From Candidatus Nomurabacteria bacterium (GTDB taxonomy: Bacteria; Patescibacteriota; Minisyncoccia; Phycocordibacterales; UBA9973): a stretch of DNA of 64,000 bases. The translations under genes and the position numbers were made by a program. This document shows positions 8,901 to 17,215 of this stretch, piece after piece. How positions within the stretch are numbered: position 1 is the first letter of the stretch; each line of letters begins with the position of its first letter. The notes below the pieces were generated by a model. It saw only the letters and a list, made by a program, of their open reading frames with translations, was not told the origin of the DNA and ran no database searches. The stretch is taken from assembly GCA_023898605.1 (NCBI GenBank), contig CP060230.1:67944-131943 (forward strand). The letters are read 5' to 3'.

Positions 8901-9159
8901 CTCAGAACAAGGAACAGAAAGTATCCACCTTTCTTCTTGGCCAGAATACGATGAGAGCATGACAAAAGACGAGACCGTTATGATTGGTATTCAGATTAAC
9001 GGCAAGGTTCGTGGTGAAGTAGAGGTTGGAGACGAAGATACAGAAGAATCAGTGAGAGAGAAGGTTATGTCTATAGACAAGATAAAACCATGGTTAGAAG
9101 GAAAAGAAATCAAGAAATTTATCTACGTAAGCAAGAAGATTGTTAACATTGTCGTATGA
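5971..9159 (+). CDS. leuS: Leucyl-tRNA synthetase with inserted ASCH-like and Nudix domains
   Basis: HVGH (HIGH) motif, [23 protein letters not shown], editing-domain motif [20 protein letters not shown] and KMSKS. Two extra blocks are present relative to canonical LeuS. One is [20 protein letters not shown] (ASCH-like). The other is [26 protein letters not shown] (Nudix box). Total length is 1062 aa. Confidence 0.9.
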   Translation: [1062 protein letters not shown]

Positions 9160-9196
9160 CAAAAGAGTTAGTTTTGTTTATACTTTAGTTTAGATT

Positions 9197-11473
9197 ATGC
9201 TAAAAAAAATCTCTAGAAAAATAACGAGAGGAGATAGACTGCTATTTTTGTTCTTGTCTTTGGGTATGTTTTTGTCTATGACATTTTTCTTACCCGACAC
9301 TTCTCTTATAGATTCTGCTTCAAAAGGTTTTTTCTACTCACTATTTGCATTGGTTATATTTATAGCAACTGTCTCACTTGTTTTATTTAGAAACAGATTT
9401 TCCTTTTCTAGCAGGCCGTTTCTTTATAGTGTTATTTTATTGGTTGTACCACTATCGTTACTTTTGTTTTTGACAAACTCTTTTTCTAGATCTTTTTTGG
9501 GAAGCGATTTTAGTCCAAACACGTATATATTTCTTTTTTCTAGTATTGTATATATTTCTTCAGCGCCATTTTTTGTAAATTCAGAAAGGAGGATAACGAC
9601 ACTACTATTTTTGCCACTCATTGTCTTTCTTATTGCAGCTAGCCTTTCTTTCTTGCAGGTTTCTGGAGTAGATATATTTTCTGGTGAGTTTATAAATCCT
9701 GTAGGTTCATGGGCGGCACTTTCTGTATTGGCTGGACTTATGTTTGTGTTTGTTATGGTTTCGCTCGAGTTTTTCAAACTAAACAAAACAGAAAAAGTTT
9801 TATCTTATATATTGGCAATTTTGTCACTACTTATTTTTACCCTTGTTAGAAACGAGGCGATACTTGTAGCTGTGGGACTTACTTCACTATCGGTTATCTC
9901 TCTCAAGACACTTCTTCCTGGACACAGAGAAGCTAGAGCGCCATTTTACGCGTTCTTTTCGATCATACTTGTAGCACTACTTCTTTTCGTGGGCGGATAC
10001 TTCAGTAATTTCTTGGGGAACACTTTTGGACTTTCTTTTGTAGATATAAGACCATCTTTTAGTTCAACTACTTCTGTCATAAAAAGTAGTTGGGGTGGTG
10101 AGGGATTCCTTGTCGGTTCTGGTATAAACAGCTTCTCTAATTCTTGGAATTTGTATAGACCAGAAGCAGTTATTTCTTCCGATATTGCGTTCTCGAGTTT
10201 TTCAAATGGTTTTGGTTATATAATGACTCTTTTTGGAGAACTTGGTCTTATTGTCGGAGTTGCTTTGACGATATTTTTGATTCATGGATTAATCATGGCT
10301 TGTCGAGTTTCTATGATGGTGGTTAGTGACAAGAGTGAAAATAGAAAAAATATCTTTTTGATTCTTCCACCTATCATGATGCTTTATAGTTTTGCAATAC
10401 TACTACTTTATTCTGGTTCTGTACCAACGGTTGCTTTGTTTGTTTTGAGCTACGCACTTGTACTTGCGTCACAGAGATTCCTTGGCATCGGAAAAACTTT
10501 TAGAATAGATATTTCCAAGGATCCAAGACTTGCATTTGTTTCTATGATTTTTGGCATATTCCTTTCTATATTTGCAGTCTTTTCTATAGCAGGTGTTTCT
10601 TCTCGGATGACTGGAAACTTCTTTTATCAAAAAGCTATAAATAGTGCTAGGGCAGGGAACCTAGATTCATACTACTTATTTACAGACAAGGCATCGAGAT
10701 CGAATCCCGCAGATTTTGCCCTTATAGAGAGAGCAAGAGCAGAAATTTCTATACTCGGTAGAGCGCAAGCTGACGGAACACAGATAGACGAAAATCGTGC
10801 TAGTAATATTTTCTCTAGTGCAGAGAGTTATGCTCTTCGGGCAATAGAGTATGACGCAAGAAACGCAGACAATTGGGCGTTCCTAGGCAACTTATACAAA
10901 AACTTTATTTCAAAAGACAACGAACAGTTTTACCAAAACTCTATAGTCGCCTTTGACAAAGCTCTAGAGTTCCGACCAAACGATCCGTCTATATATCTTT
11001 TCGAAGGAGAAGCTGCTCTTAGAAAAGATGATGTGGCTCTTGCAAGATCTATGGGAGAAAAAGCACTTTCTATAAAAAACAATTATGGAGATGCATTTGT
11101 TTTCTTGATATCACTAGAAAGTAGTATAGAGAACTACAAAGATGCTGTTAGACTTGCTGAAGCAATGGTGGAGAATATACCGAGCATAACTTCTTTCCAG
11201 ATTTTGGGAGAAGTATATGATTTGTCTGGTGACAAAACAAAAGCTAGGAGTGCATACGAAACAGCATACTTGCTTTCTGGTAGAAGCTTTGAGCTTTCAA
11301 ATGTCCTTGCTAGCTTTTATTCAAAATATGGTATAAATGATGGTCTAGATATGCTTATAAGTGACGAGAATTCACTGAGAGGAAATATAGACTATATAAA
11401 CTATCTTCTTGGTCTCAAGAGTAAGCCTGTCGTAGAAGAGACTTCTCCAGAAGAAGAATCTTCCGAAGAGTAA
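9197..11473 (+). CDS. Polytopic membrane protein (O-antigen-ligase-like) with C-terminal TPR repeats
   Basis: About 11 TM helices in the first 480 aa. TPR-like repeats follow (AFLGNLYKNF..AFDKALEFRPNDPSIYLFEGEAAL). Confidence 0.5.
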   Translation: MLKKISRKITRGDRLLFLFLSLGMFLSMTFFLPDTSLIDSASKGFFYSLFALVIFIATVSLVLFRNRFSFSSRPFLYSVILLVVPLSLLLFLTNSFSRSFLGSDFSPNTYIFLFSSIVYISSAPFFVNSERRITTLLFLPLIVFLIAASLSFLQVSGVDIFSGEFINPVGSWAALSVLAGLMFVFVMVSLEFFKLNKTEKVLSYILAILSLLIFTLVRNEAILVAVGLTSLSVISLKTLLPGHREARAPFYAFFSIILVALLLFVGGYFSNFLGNTFGLSFVDIRPSFSSTTSVIKSSWGGEGFLVGSGINSFSNSWNLYRPEAVISSDIAFSSFSNGFGYIMTLFGELGLIVGVALTIFLIHGLIMACRVSMMVVSDKSENRKNIFLILPPIMMLYSFAILLLYSGSVPTVALFVLSYALVLASQRFLGIGKTFRIDISKDPRLAFVSMIFGIFLSIFAVFSIAGVSSRMTGNFFYQKAINSARAGNLDSYYLFTDKASRSNPADFALIERARAEISILGRAQADGTQIDENRASNIFSSAESYALRAIEYDARNADNWAFLGNLYKNFISKDNEQFYQNSIVAFDKALEFRPNDPSIYLFEGEAALRKDDVALARSMGEKALSIKNNYGDAFVFLISLESSIENYKDAVRLAEAMVENIPSITSFQILGEVYDLSGDKTKARSAYETAYLLSGRSFELSNVLASFYSKYGINDGLDMLISDENSLRGNIDYINYLLGLKSKPVVEETSPEEESSEE

Positions 11474-11476
11474 TTT

Positions 11477-13165
11477 ATGGTTGAGAGGATTGTACACGTA
11501 CTTAGCAAAGAATTTAGTACCACTAGTAAGGCAGCACTTATACTGGGTCTTTTTTCTTTTTTGTCACAAATTTTTGGTCTTGTTCGAGACAAACTACTCG
11601 CTTTCTATATAGGACCCTCTGAAACGCTCGACATATACTACGCTGCATTTAGAATGCCAGATCTTCTTTTTGTAACGATGGCGTCTATTACTTCTGTTAC
11701 GATACTTCTTCCTTTTCTGGTAGAGATGAGAGGTGATACAAAAGGCGTTGGTAATTCTAGAAAACTCATAAACAGTGTTACAACAACTTTTTTCTTTATA
11801 ATGACGATTTCTATTGCGATCGTCTTTTTGTTTGCTCCACTTATTTCAAAGGCTTTGGTTCCAGGTTTCGATGAAGAAGCAAGAGAGTTGTACGTAACCA
11901 TAACTAGGATCATGCTGTTTTCTCCACTGTTTCTAGGTATTTCAAACTTGTTTGGTTCTATAACGCAGATGTTCAACAAGTTTATGCCTTATGCTCTGGC
12001 CCCAGTTTTTTATAACCTAGGTATAATTGTCGGAGTATTTTTGTATGTACCTATGGGCATAGAAGGTCTAGCACTCGGAGTTGTTATAGGATCACTTATG
12101 CATGCCTTTGTTCAGCTTCCAGTTGTTTTCAAGTATAAAGCTGTACCCAAAATAACTTTCGATATTGACTGGCCACTCGTTAGGAGGGTTGGTAAGGTTA
12201 CGATACCTAGAACTTTGGCTCTTTCTCTAAACAACGTTTCTCTTATTGTTATCGTTTTGTTTGCTTCTAAACTAAGCGAGGGTTCTATCTCTATCTACAA
12301 CTTTTCTATGCACATACAAGCTGTACCACTCGGAATAATAGGTATATCGTATGCTGTTGCAACTTTCCCGATTCTGACAAAATCTTTCCAAGATAAAAAG
12401 ATAGATGAATTTTTGAGTAGCATTGTTTCTTCTATGAGACAGGTTGTTTTCTGGTCTATTCCGATAGCGGTTCTTTTCATCGTTCTGCGAGCTCAGATTG
12501 TTAGAGTCATACTTGGATCAGGACAGTTCGATTGGGGCGATACGAGACTAACTGCTGCGTCGTTTGCACTTTTTGCAGTTTCTATTGTTTCTCAAAGTGC
12601 GATTGTTCTACTTGTACGAGGTTTTTATGCTGCATCAAATACAAAAATCCCTCTTGTTATAAATCTCATATCTTCTACGATTATAGTTGTTCTCGTTCCA
12701 GTTCTTCTTCAGTTTTATCATGTGTATCCATACTTCCGAGAATTTATAGAAGTAACTCTCAAGGTCAAAGATGTTCCGGGCGGTGAAGTTCTGATGCTGC
12801 CTATGGCTTACTCTATAGGTACGATACTAAATAGTGTTCTTCTTTGGATGTTCTTCAAAAAGAAATATATGAAAGGTTTGAGATATTCGTTTAATCGAAC
12901 ACTTGTACACTCTGTTTCGTCTGCTTTGTTTGGAGGTATATTTGCTTATATGTTCCTCATGGTTTCTTCTTCTTTGTTTGAGATAGATCGATTCTATGAA
13001 ATATTTATACAAGGATTCCTTTCTGGGGTTATCGGTATAATCGCAACCGCTACATCTCTCCAGATTCTAAAAAACGAAGAATACTTCCATATCATGAAGT
13101 CTATAAAGAGCAAACTAAACGTCAAAAAACAACTAGTATTCTACGATACAGAAGAGTTAAATTAG
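11477..13165 (+). CDS. murJ: Lipid II flippase MurJ/MviN
   Basis: N-terminus ...LGLVRDKLLAFYIGPSETLDIYYAAFRMPDLLF matches the canonical MurJ N-terminus. About 14 TM helices. Confidence 0.85.
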   Translation: MVERIVHVLSKEFSTTSKAALILGLFSFLSQIFGLVRDKLLAFYIGPSETLDIYYAAFRMPDLLFVTMASITSVTILLPFLVEMRGDTKGVGNSRKLINSVTTTFFFIMTISIAIVFLFAPLISKALVPGFDEEARELYVTITRIMLFSPLFLGISNLFGSITQMFNKFMPYALAPVFYNLGIIVGVFLYVPMGIEGLALGVVIGSLMHAFVQLPVVFKYKAVPKITFDIDWPLVRRVGKVTIPRTLALSLNNVSLIVIVLFASKLSEGSISIYNFSMHIQAVPLGIIGISYAVATFPILTKSFQDKKIDEFLSSIVSSMRQVVFWSIPIAVLFIVLRAQIVRVILGSGQFDWGDTRLTAASFALFAVSIVSQSAIVLLVRGFYAASNTKIPLVINLISSTIIVVLVPVLLQFYHVYPYFREFIEVTLKVKDVPGGEVLMLPMAYSIGTILNSVLLWMFFKKKYMKGLRYSFNRTLVHSVSSALFGGIFAYMFLMVSSSLFEIDRFYEIFIQGFLSGVIGIIATATSLQILKNEEYFHIMKSIKSKLNVKKQLVFYDTEELN

Positions 13166-13204
13166 TTTTCAAAAAAGGCTTTTTCTGGTAGTATCGACTT
13201 GTTT

Positions 13205-15004
13205 ATGGATATAAATAACATAAGAAATTTCTCTATAATAGCCCACATAGATCACGGTAAATCCACTCTGGCAGACCGGTTTCTTGAAGTTACTGGTACT
13301 GTAGAAAAAAGAAAGATGAAAGACCAGGTTCTAGATTCGATGGAACTAGAAAGAGAGAGGGGAATCACGATCAAGATGCAGCCAGCCAGGATGGAATACA
13401 AACTTGGCAAAGATAAATACATTCTCAATCTTATAGACACTCCTGGACACATAGACTTCTCATATGAGGTTTCTAGGGCTATGAAGGCTGTAGAGGGTGC
13501 GATATTACTCGTAGACTCCACTCAGGGCGTTCAGGCGCAAACTATGACCACTCTAGAGATGGCCAAGAAGGCTGGGCTTGTTATAATCCCAGCTATTTCC
13601 AAGGTTGATTCGCCACTTTCTAGACCAGAAGAGGTTTCTTCTGAAATTGCAAAACTTCTAGATTGCGATCCAAAAGAGGTTATGAAGGTTTCTGGTAAAA
13701 CTGGTGAGGGCGTAGAAGATCTTCTAAGAAAGATAGTCGATACAGTACCAGCTCCTAAAAAGAGCGATACAGATATGCTCCAATCTCTAGTTTTTGATTT
13801 TAGTTACTCTAGTCACAGGGGTATCGTTGTATACATGAGAGTTTTCAGCGGTTCGGTCAAAAAGGGCGATACGCTTACATTTCTTGCTTCAAACGAGTCT
13901 TTTATCGTAAATGAAGTTGGAGTAACAAAACCAGAAGAACTACCTGTTTCTTCACTAGGTTCAGGAGAAATAGGTTATATAGTCACTGGTATCAAAAAAC
14001 CAAAGATCGCATCAGTTGGAGACACGCTTACACTAACAAAACAAAAAGCAAAACCACTTTCTGGTTACGAAAAACCAAACCCTGTTGTTTGGGCATCTAT
14101 TTTTCCGGAGAGCCAAGATGATTTTACAATACTAAGACAAGCTCTAGAGAGACTACAACTTTCTGATTCTTCACTTACTTTCGAAGAAGAATCTTCTGGA
14201 GTTTTGGGTAGAGGTTTTAGAATAGGTGTTTTGGGTATGCTTCACCTTGAAATAGTAACAGAAAGACTAAAGCGAGAGTTCAAGCTCGATCTTGTTATCA
14301 CGACTCCGTCTATAACTTATAACGTTATCAAGAAAAACGGTGAAAGCGAGATAGTTTATTCTCCTCACAAATTTCCAGATGACGGTTCTGTCAAAGAAGT
14401 TCATGAGCCTTGGGCTGATATCGTTATAATCTCTCCAGACAAATATCTGGGAACTATCTCGAGTCTACTTTTTGAACACGAAGGAGATATAACTCACACC
14501 GAAACCATGAGCGGTGGAAACGCCAAACTTTCTGTTTCTATGCCACTAAGAGAGCTTATGAGAAACTTTTTCGACAAACTAAAAAGCGCGACTCAGGGCT
14601 ACGCCTCTATATCTTATGAAATAGTTGGAGACCTGCCTGCAGACGTTGTGAGACTAGACATACTTATAAACGAAGACGTTGTTCCTGCTTTTTCTTCGGT
14701 TGTTTCTAGAAGAAGAGCATACGAAGAAGCCGAAGAAGCTGTAGAGACACTAGAGAAAATTCTTCCAAGACAACAAGTTGCCATAAAGATACAAGGTAGA
14801 GCTTTGGGTAGAATAGTTGCTTCTAGGAAGCTTTCAGCTTTCAGAAAGGACGTTACTCAGCACATGTATGGTGGAGATATCACTCGAAAAATGAAACTTA
14901 GAGAAAAACAGAAGAAAGGTAAGAAGAAAATGCAGGAAGGTGCAAAGGTAAACATACCTCACGACGTTTTCCTGAAGATGATGAGAAGGGGAGGAGATAA
15001 GTAG
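13205..15004 (+). CDS. lepA: Elongation factor 4 (LepA)
   Basis: Motifs IRNFSIIAHIDHGKSTLADR and DTPGHIDF, and a LepA C-terminal domain. ATG at 13205; the track start at 13199 is TTG. Confidence 0.9.
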   Translation: MDINNIRNFSIIAHIDHGKSTLADRFLEVTGTVEKRKMKDQVLDSMELERERGITIKMQPARMEYKLGKDKYILNLIDTPGHIDFSYEVSRAMKAVEGAILLVDSTQGVQAQTMTTLEMAKKAGLVIIPAISKVDSPLSRPEEVSSEIAKLLDCDPKEVMKVSGKTGEGVEDLLRKIVDTVPAPKKSDTDMLQSLVFDFSYSSHRGIVVYMRVFSGSVKKGDTLTFLASNESFIVNEVGVTKPEELPVSSLGSGEIGYIVTGIKKPKIASVGDTLTLTKQKAKPLSGYEKPNPVVWASIFPESQDDFTILRQALERLQLSDSSLTFEEESSGVLGRGFRIGVLGMLHLEIVTERLKREFKLDLVITTPSITYNVIKKNGESEIVYSPHKFPDDGSVKEVHEPWADIVIISPDKYLGTISSLLFEHEGDITHTETMSGGNAKLSVSMPLRELMRNFFDKLKSATQGYASISYEIVGDLPADVVRLDILINEDVVPAFSSVVSRRRAYEEAEEAVETLEKILPRQQVAIKIQGRALGRIVASRKLSAFRKDVTQHMYGGDITRKMKLREKQKKGKKKMQEGAKVNIPHDVFLKMMRRGGDK

Positions 15005-15159
15005 ATTTATCCTCTCAAGCTAGGCATAAATAGCATTATCATAGAAATTATGACAAGAATGCTTATTATTCCCCAAATTCTTATTATTATTTTTCTGTGC
15101 TTTTGTTTAAACATAGTCTTTTATGATATAGTTTTCTATATAAGAAGATTACCAGTCTA

Positions 15160-15525
15160 ATGAAAAAATATCAAGAATCAAAAAAGGGTAGCTTTTGGGG
15201 ATCGAAGGTCTGTTTTTTTCTCCTTTGTTTTTTTTGTTTTTTTATATTTTTGGGAGTTTTTAGGAGCTTGGAGAGTTATAAAATAGCAAAAGGTAAGTAT
15301 ATACAAGCAGTTCAAGAAAACGAGCTTGTAAACAAGTCCAAAGATAAAATAGAAGACTCTATAATCTCTTTTGATAGCCCTCTCGAAAAAGAAAGAATAA
15401 TAAGAGAAAATTATAATGTTTCTAGAGATGGTGAAGGAGTTATAGTGGTAGTAGATAAAGAAGAAGAAGTAGAAGAAAAGACTACTTTTGGATTTATAAA
15501 AAACCTGTTCTCCAAAGAAGATTAG
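15160..15525 (+). CDS. Septum-formation-initiator-like (FtsB/DivIC family) membrane protein
   Basis: N-terminal TM helix, a coiled-coil segment, and a C-terminal EKERIIRENYNVSRDGEGVIVV resembling the FtsB/DivIC E..AR..L.....GE.V block. Confidence 0.4.
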   Translation: MKKYQESKKGSFWGSKVCFFLLCFFCFFIFLGVFRSLESYKIAKGKYIQAVQENELVNKSKDKIEDSIISFDSPLEKERIIRENYNVSRDGEGVIVVVDKEEEVEEKTTFGFIKNLFSKED

Positions 15526-15615
15526 ATAAACTTGACAGAGGTGATATAATATAAGAGTAAAGATAAAAGTATCTTGTTTATAAGTATTAAGTAGCATGGC
15601 TAGGCTTGTAACAAA

Positions 15616-15849
15616 ATGAAATCAGTAACTATATATTCAACACCGTCATGTCACTTTTGTCATATGGCAAAAGAATTTTTAGGAGAAAAAAACATCGAAT
15701 TTACAGATTACGATGTATCTTCTGATGCAGCAAAAAGACAAGAAATGGTTGAAATGACTGGACAACTTGGTGTACCTGTAATCAAGATAGGAGATGACAT
15801 AATGGTTGGATTCCATCAGGGGAAAATCGAAGAACTTCTAGGGCTTTAA
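15616..15849 (+). CDS. Glutaredoxin/NrdH-like redoxin
   Basis: 77 aa with a CHFC active-site motif after the first beta strand. GVPVI and a Gly-Gly-like C-terminal region fit the thioredoxin fold. Confidence 0.75.
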   Translation: MKSVTIYSTPSCHFCHMAKEFLGEKNIEFTDYDVSSDAAKRQEMVEMTGQLGVPVIKIGDDIMVGFHQGKIEELLGL

Positions 15850-15877
15850 AAAACTTATAAATTAATGTAGAATCAGA

Positions 15878-15901
15878 AAACCGGTTTATGCCGGTTTTTT
15901 G
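15878..15901 (+). terminator. Rho-independent terminator
   Basis: AAACCGG-TTTATG-CCGGTTT hairpin followed by TTTT. Confidence 0.6.
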
Positions 15902-15904
15902 ATT

Positions 15905-16040
15905 GAGAGAAACGCCCCCGTAGCCCCGACGCTATGGTCGGGGTCCATACAACTTCACTCGTCGGGATTAAATGGACCCCAGTTGTAGAGCAAAGCTCAC
16001 AACGGGGCACAGTAGAACAGTTCCGCGCGCCCCGTATCAT
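15905..16040. repeat. GC-rich nested-palindrome element upstream of tRNA-Arg; contains a 27-nt repeat also found at 16641
   Basis: GTAGCCCCGACGCTATGGTCGGGGTCC occurs at 15920-15946 and 16640-16666. Stems CCCCGAC/GTCGGGG, GGGGTCCAT/ATGGACCCC and CCCCAGTTGTAGAGC/GCTCACAACGGGG are present. The element is GC-rich within an AT-rich genome. Confidence 0.5.
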
Positions 16041-16112
16041 GTCTCCGTAGTTAAATGGATATAACAGCTCCGTCCTAAGGAGTAGTTGTGGGTTCGATTC
16101 CTGCCGGAGACA
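16041..16112 (+). tRNA. tRNA-Arg (anticodon CCT)
   Basis: Acceptor stem GTCTCCG/CGGAGAC. D-arm GTTA..TAAC. Anticodon stem GCTCC/GGAGT with loop GTCCTAA. T-arm GTGGG-TTCGATT-CCTGC. Discriminator A. No CCA is encoded. Confidence 0.8.
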
Positions 16113-16189
16113 CAAATTGTTAGAGACATTGATATCGGGGGGGGTTCTACTTTGTCCTTCGAAACTTTAGTGAAGAAGGAAGGAATAGT

Positions 16190-16230
16190 TCTGGGCTTGC
16201 CCTGTCTGAAATAGGCGGGGTGAAATTCCT
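16190..16230 (+). repeat. Remnant of GIY-YIG-gene 3'-end hairpin motif
   Basis: GCTTGCCCTGTCTGAAATAGGCGGGGTGAA closely matches the minus-strand 3' end of the GIY-YIG gene at 25723, which reads GCTTGCCCCGCCTGAAATAGGCGGGGTGAA. No ORF body remains. Confidence 0.45.
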
Positions 16231-16283
16231 GGCGGGGGCACAAAATCTATCTACTAAACTTTATTTTTGATATAATTTAATGG

Positions 16284-16616
16284 ATGGAAATAGACAATAA
16301 TAAAAAAATTGATGAGATCTTGGAGCTTTTGGAGGAGAATAACAAAATGCTTAGACACATAAGAGGCTCACAGAGAAGATCTCAGATTTTTAGGTTGCTT
16401 TATATTGTGGTTATCATAGCTCTTACAGCCGGTGCTTACTACTATATAAATCCATATATAAGTCAGGTTATGGACGCCTATTCTGGAATTCAAGATACTC
16501 TGGGCGGTATAGGTGAAATACCATCCAACATTTCCAATACAAATCAAGAGGCTGGAAATTTGTTAAAAGGCGGAAATTTTGATATAAATTCTTTACTAGA
16601 AGGACTAGGGCAGTAG
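16284..16616 (+). CDS. Hypothetical small membrane protein
   Basis: An extended -10 (TGATATAAT) lies at 16268-16276, with the ATG 8 nt downstream, so the mRNA looks leaderless. One TM helix. Confidence 0.4.
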   Translation: MEIDNNKKIDEILELLEENNKMLRHIRGSQRRSQIFRLLYIVVIIALTAGAYYYINPYISQVMDAYSGIQDTLGGIGEIPSNISNTNQEAGNLLKGGNFDINSLLEGLGQ

Positions 16617-16702
16617 CCCTTTCTTTCTTAGATGCTCAGGTAGCCCCGACGCTATGGTCGGGGTCCCGTACTTCTACAAAGTAGAACGTCGGGGCTCAGA
16701 AT

Positions 16703-16963
16703 ATGGCGTGGGTGTATATATTAAAAACTAAATCTGGTAAGTTTTATATTGGTAGCACTATCAATTTAGAGCAAAGATTAAAACACCATAAAGGTGGGAA
16801 TACTCCTTCGACATATAGGTTGAAGTTTGATAGTCTTTTATTGTCTCAAGAATATGATACTTTGAAAGATGCCAGGAGTGTTGAATCAAAATTGAAAAAA
16901 CTCAAACGAAAAGATTATTTACAAAAAATTGTTGAAGATGGTTTTATTAAAATAAAACCCTAA
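16703..16963 (+). CDS. GIY-YIG nuclease family small protein
   Basis: N-terminus WVYILKTKSGKFYIGSTINLEQRLKHHKGG carries the GIY...YIG and R..H motifs. Confidence 0.8.
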   Translation: MAWVYILKTKSGKFYIGSTINLEQRLKHHKGGNTPSTYRLKFDSLLLSQEYDTLKDARSVESKLKKLKRKDYLQKIVEDGFIKIKP

Positions 16964-16992
16964 CGTTGAAAATAAAAATTTGTTTACAAAGT

Positions 16993-17066
16993 GCTCGGGT
17001 AGCTCAGTTGGTTAGAGCACTCGCCTGAAGAGCGAGGTGTCGGCAGTTCGAGTCTGCCCCCGAGCA
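16993..17066 (+). tRNA. tRNA-Phe (anticodon GAA)
   Basis: Acceptor stem GCTCGGG/CCCGAGC. D-arm GCTC-AGTTGGTTA-GAGC. Anticodon loop CTGAAGA. T-arm GGCAG-TTCGAGT-CTGCC. Flanking ACAAAGT/ACTTTGT extends the acceptor helix to 14 bp. Confidence 0.85.
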
Positions 17067-17092
17067 CTTTGTAAATAAGATTAGATGTGTAT

Positions 17093-17215
17093 GCTCAGTA
17101 CCGACGTCCCGACATGTGGTCGTCGGGAGCACGGAGAGCCGACAGAATCGTCGGCTTTGGTTAGAGCACTCGCCTGAAGAGCGAGGTGTCGGCAGTTCGA
17201 GTCTGCCCCCGAGCA
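17093..17215 (+). pseudogene. Second tRNA-Phe copy lacking a 5' acceptor strand, with a 59-nt double-hairpin insertion in the D-loop after GCTCAG
   Basis: Positions 17158-17215 are identical to the 3' 58 nt of tRNA-Phe (TGGTTAGAGC...CCCGAGCA). GCTCAG lies at 17093-17098. The insert at 17099-17157 is built from CCGACG/CGTCGG and GCCGAC/GTCGGC hairpins. Confidence 0.6.

Noticed and set aside
15178-15597. 139-aa minus-strand ORF antisense to the FtsB-like gene
   Set aside because: Poly-F/Y low-complexity translation of an AT-rich antisense strand.
15905-16040. GC-rich block upstream of tRNA-Arg as RNase P RNA, tmRNA or SRP RNA
   Set aside because: No P4 (AGGAAAGUCCGGGCUCC), tmRNA tag-frame or SRP domain-IV signature. 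A partial GGGTGAAA-like string at 16218 is insufficient.
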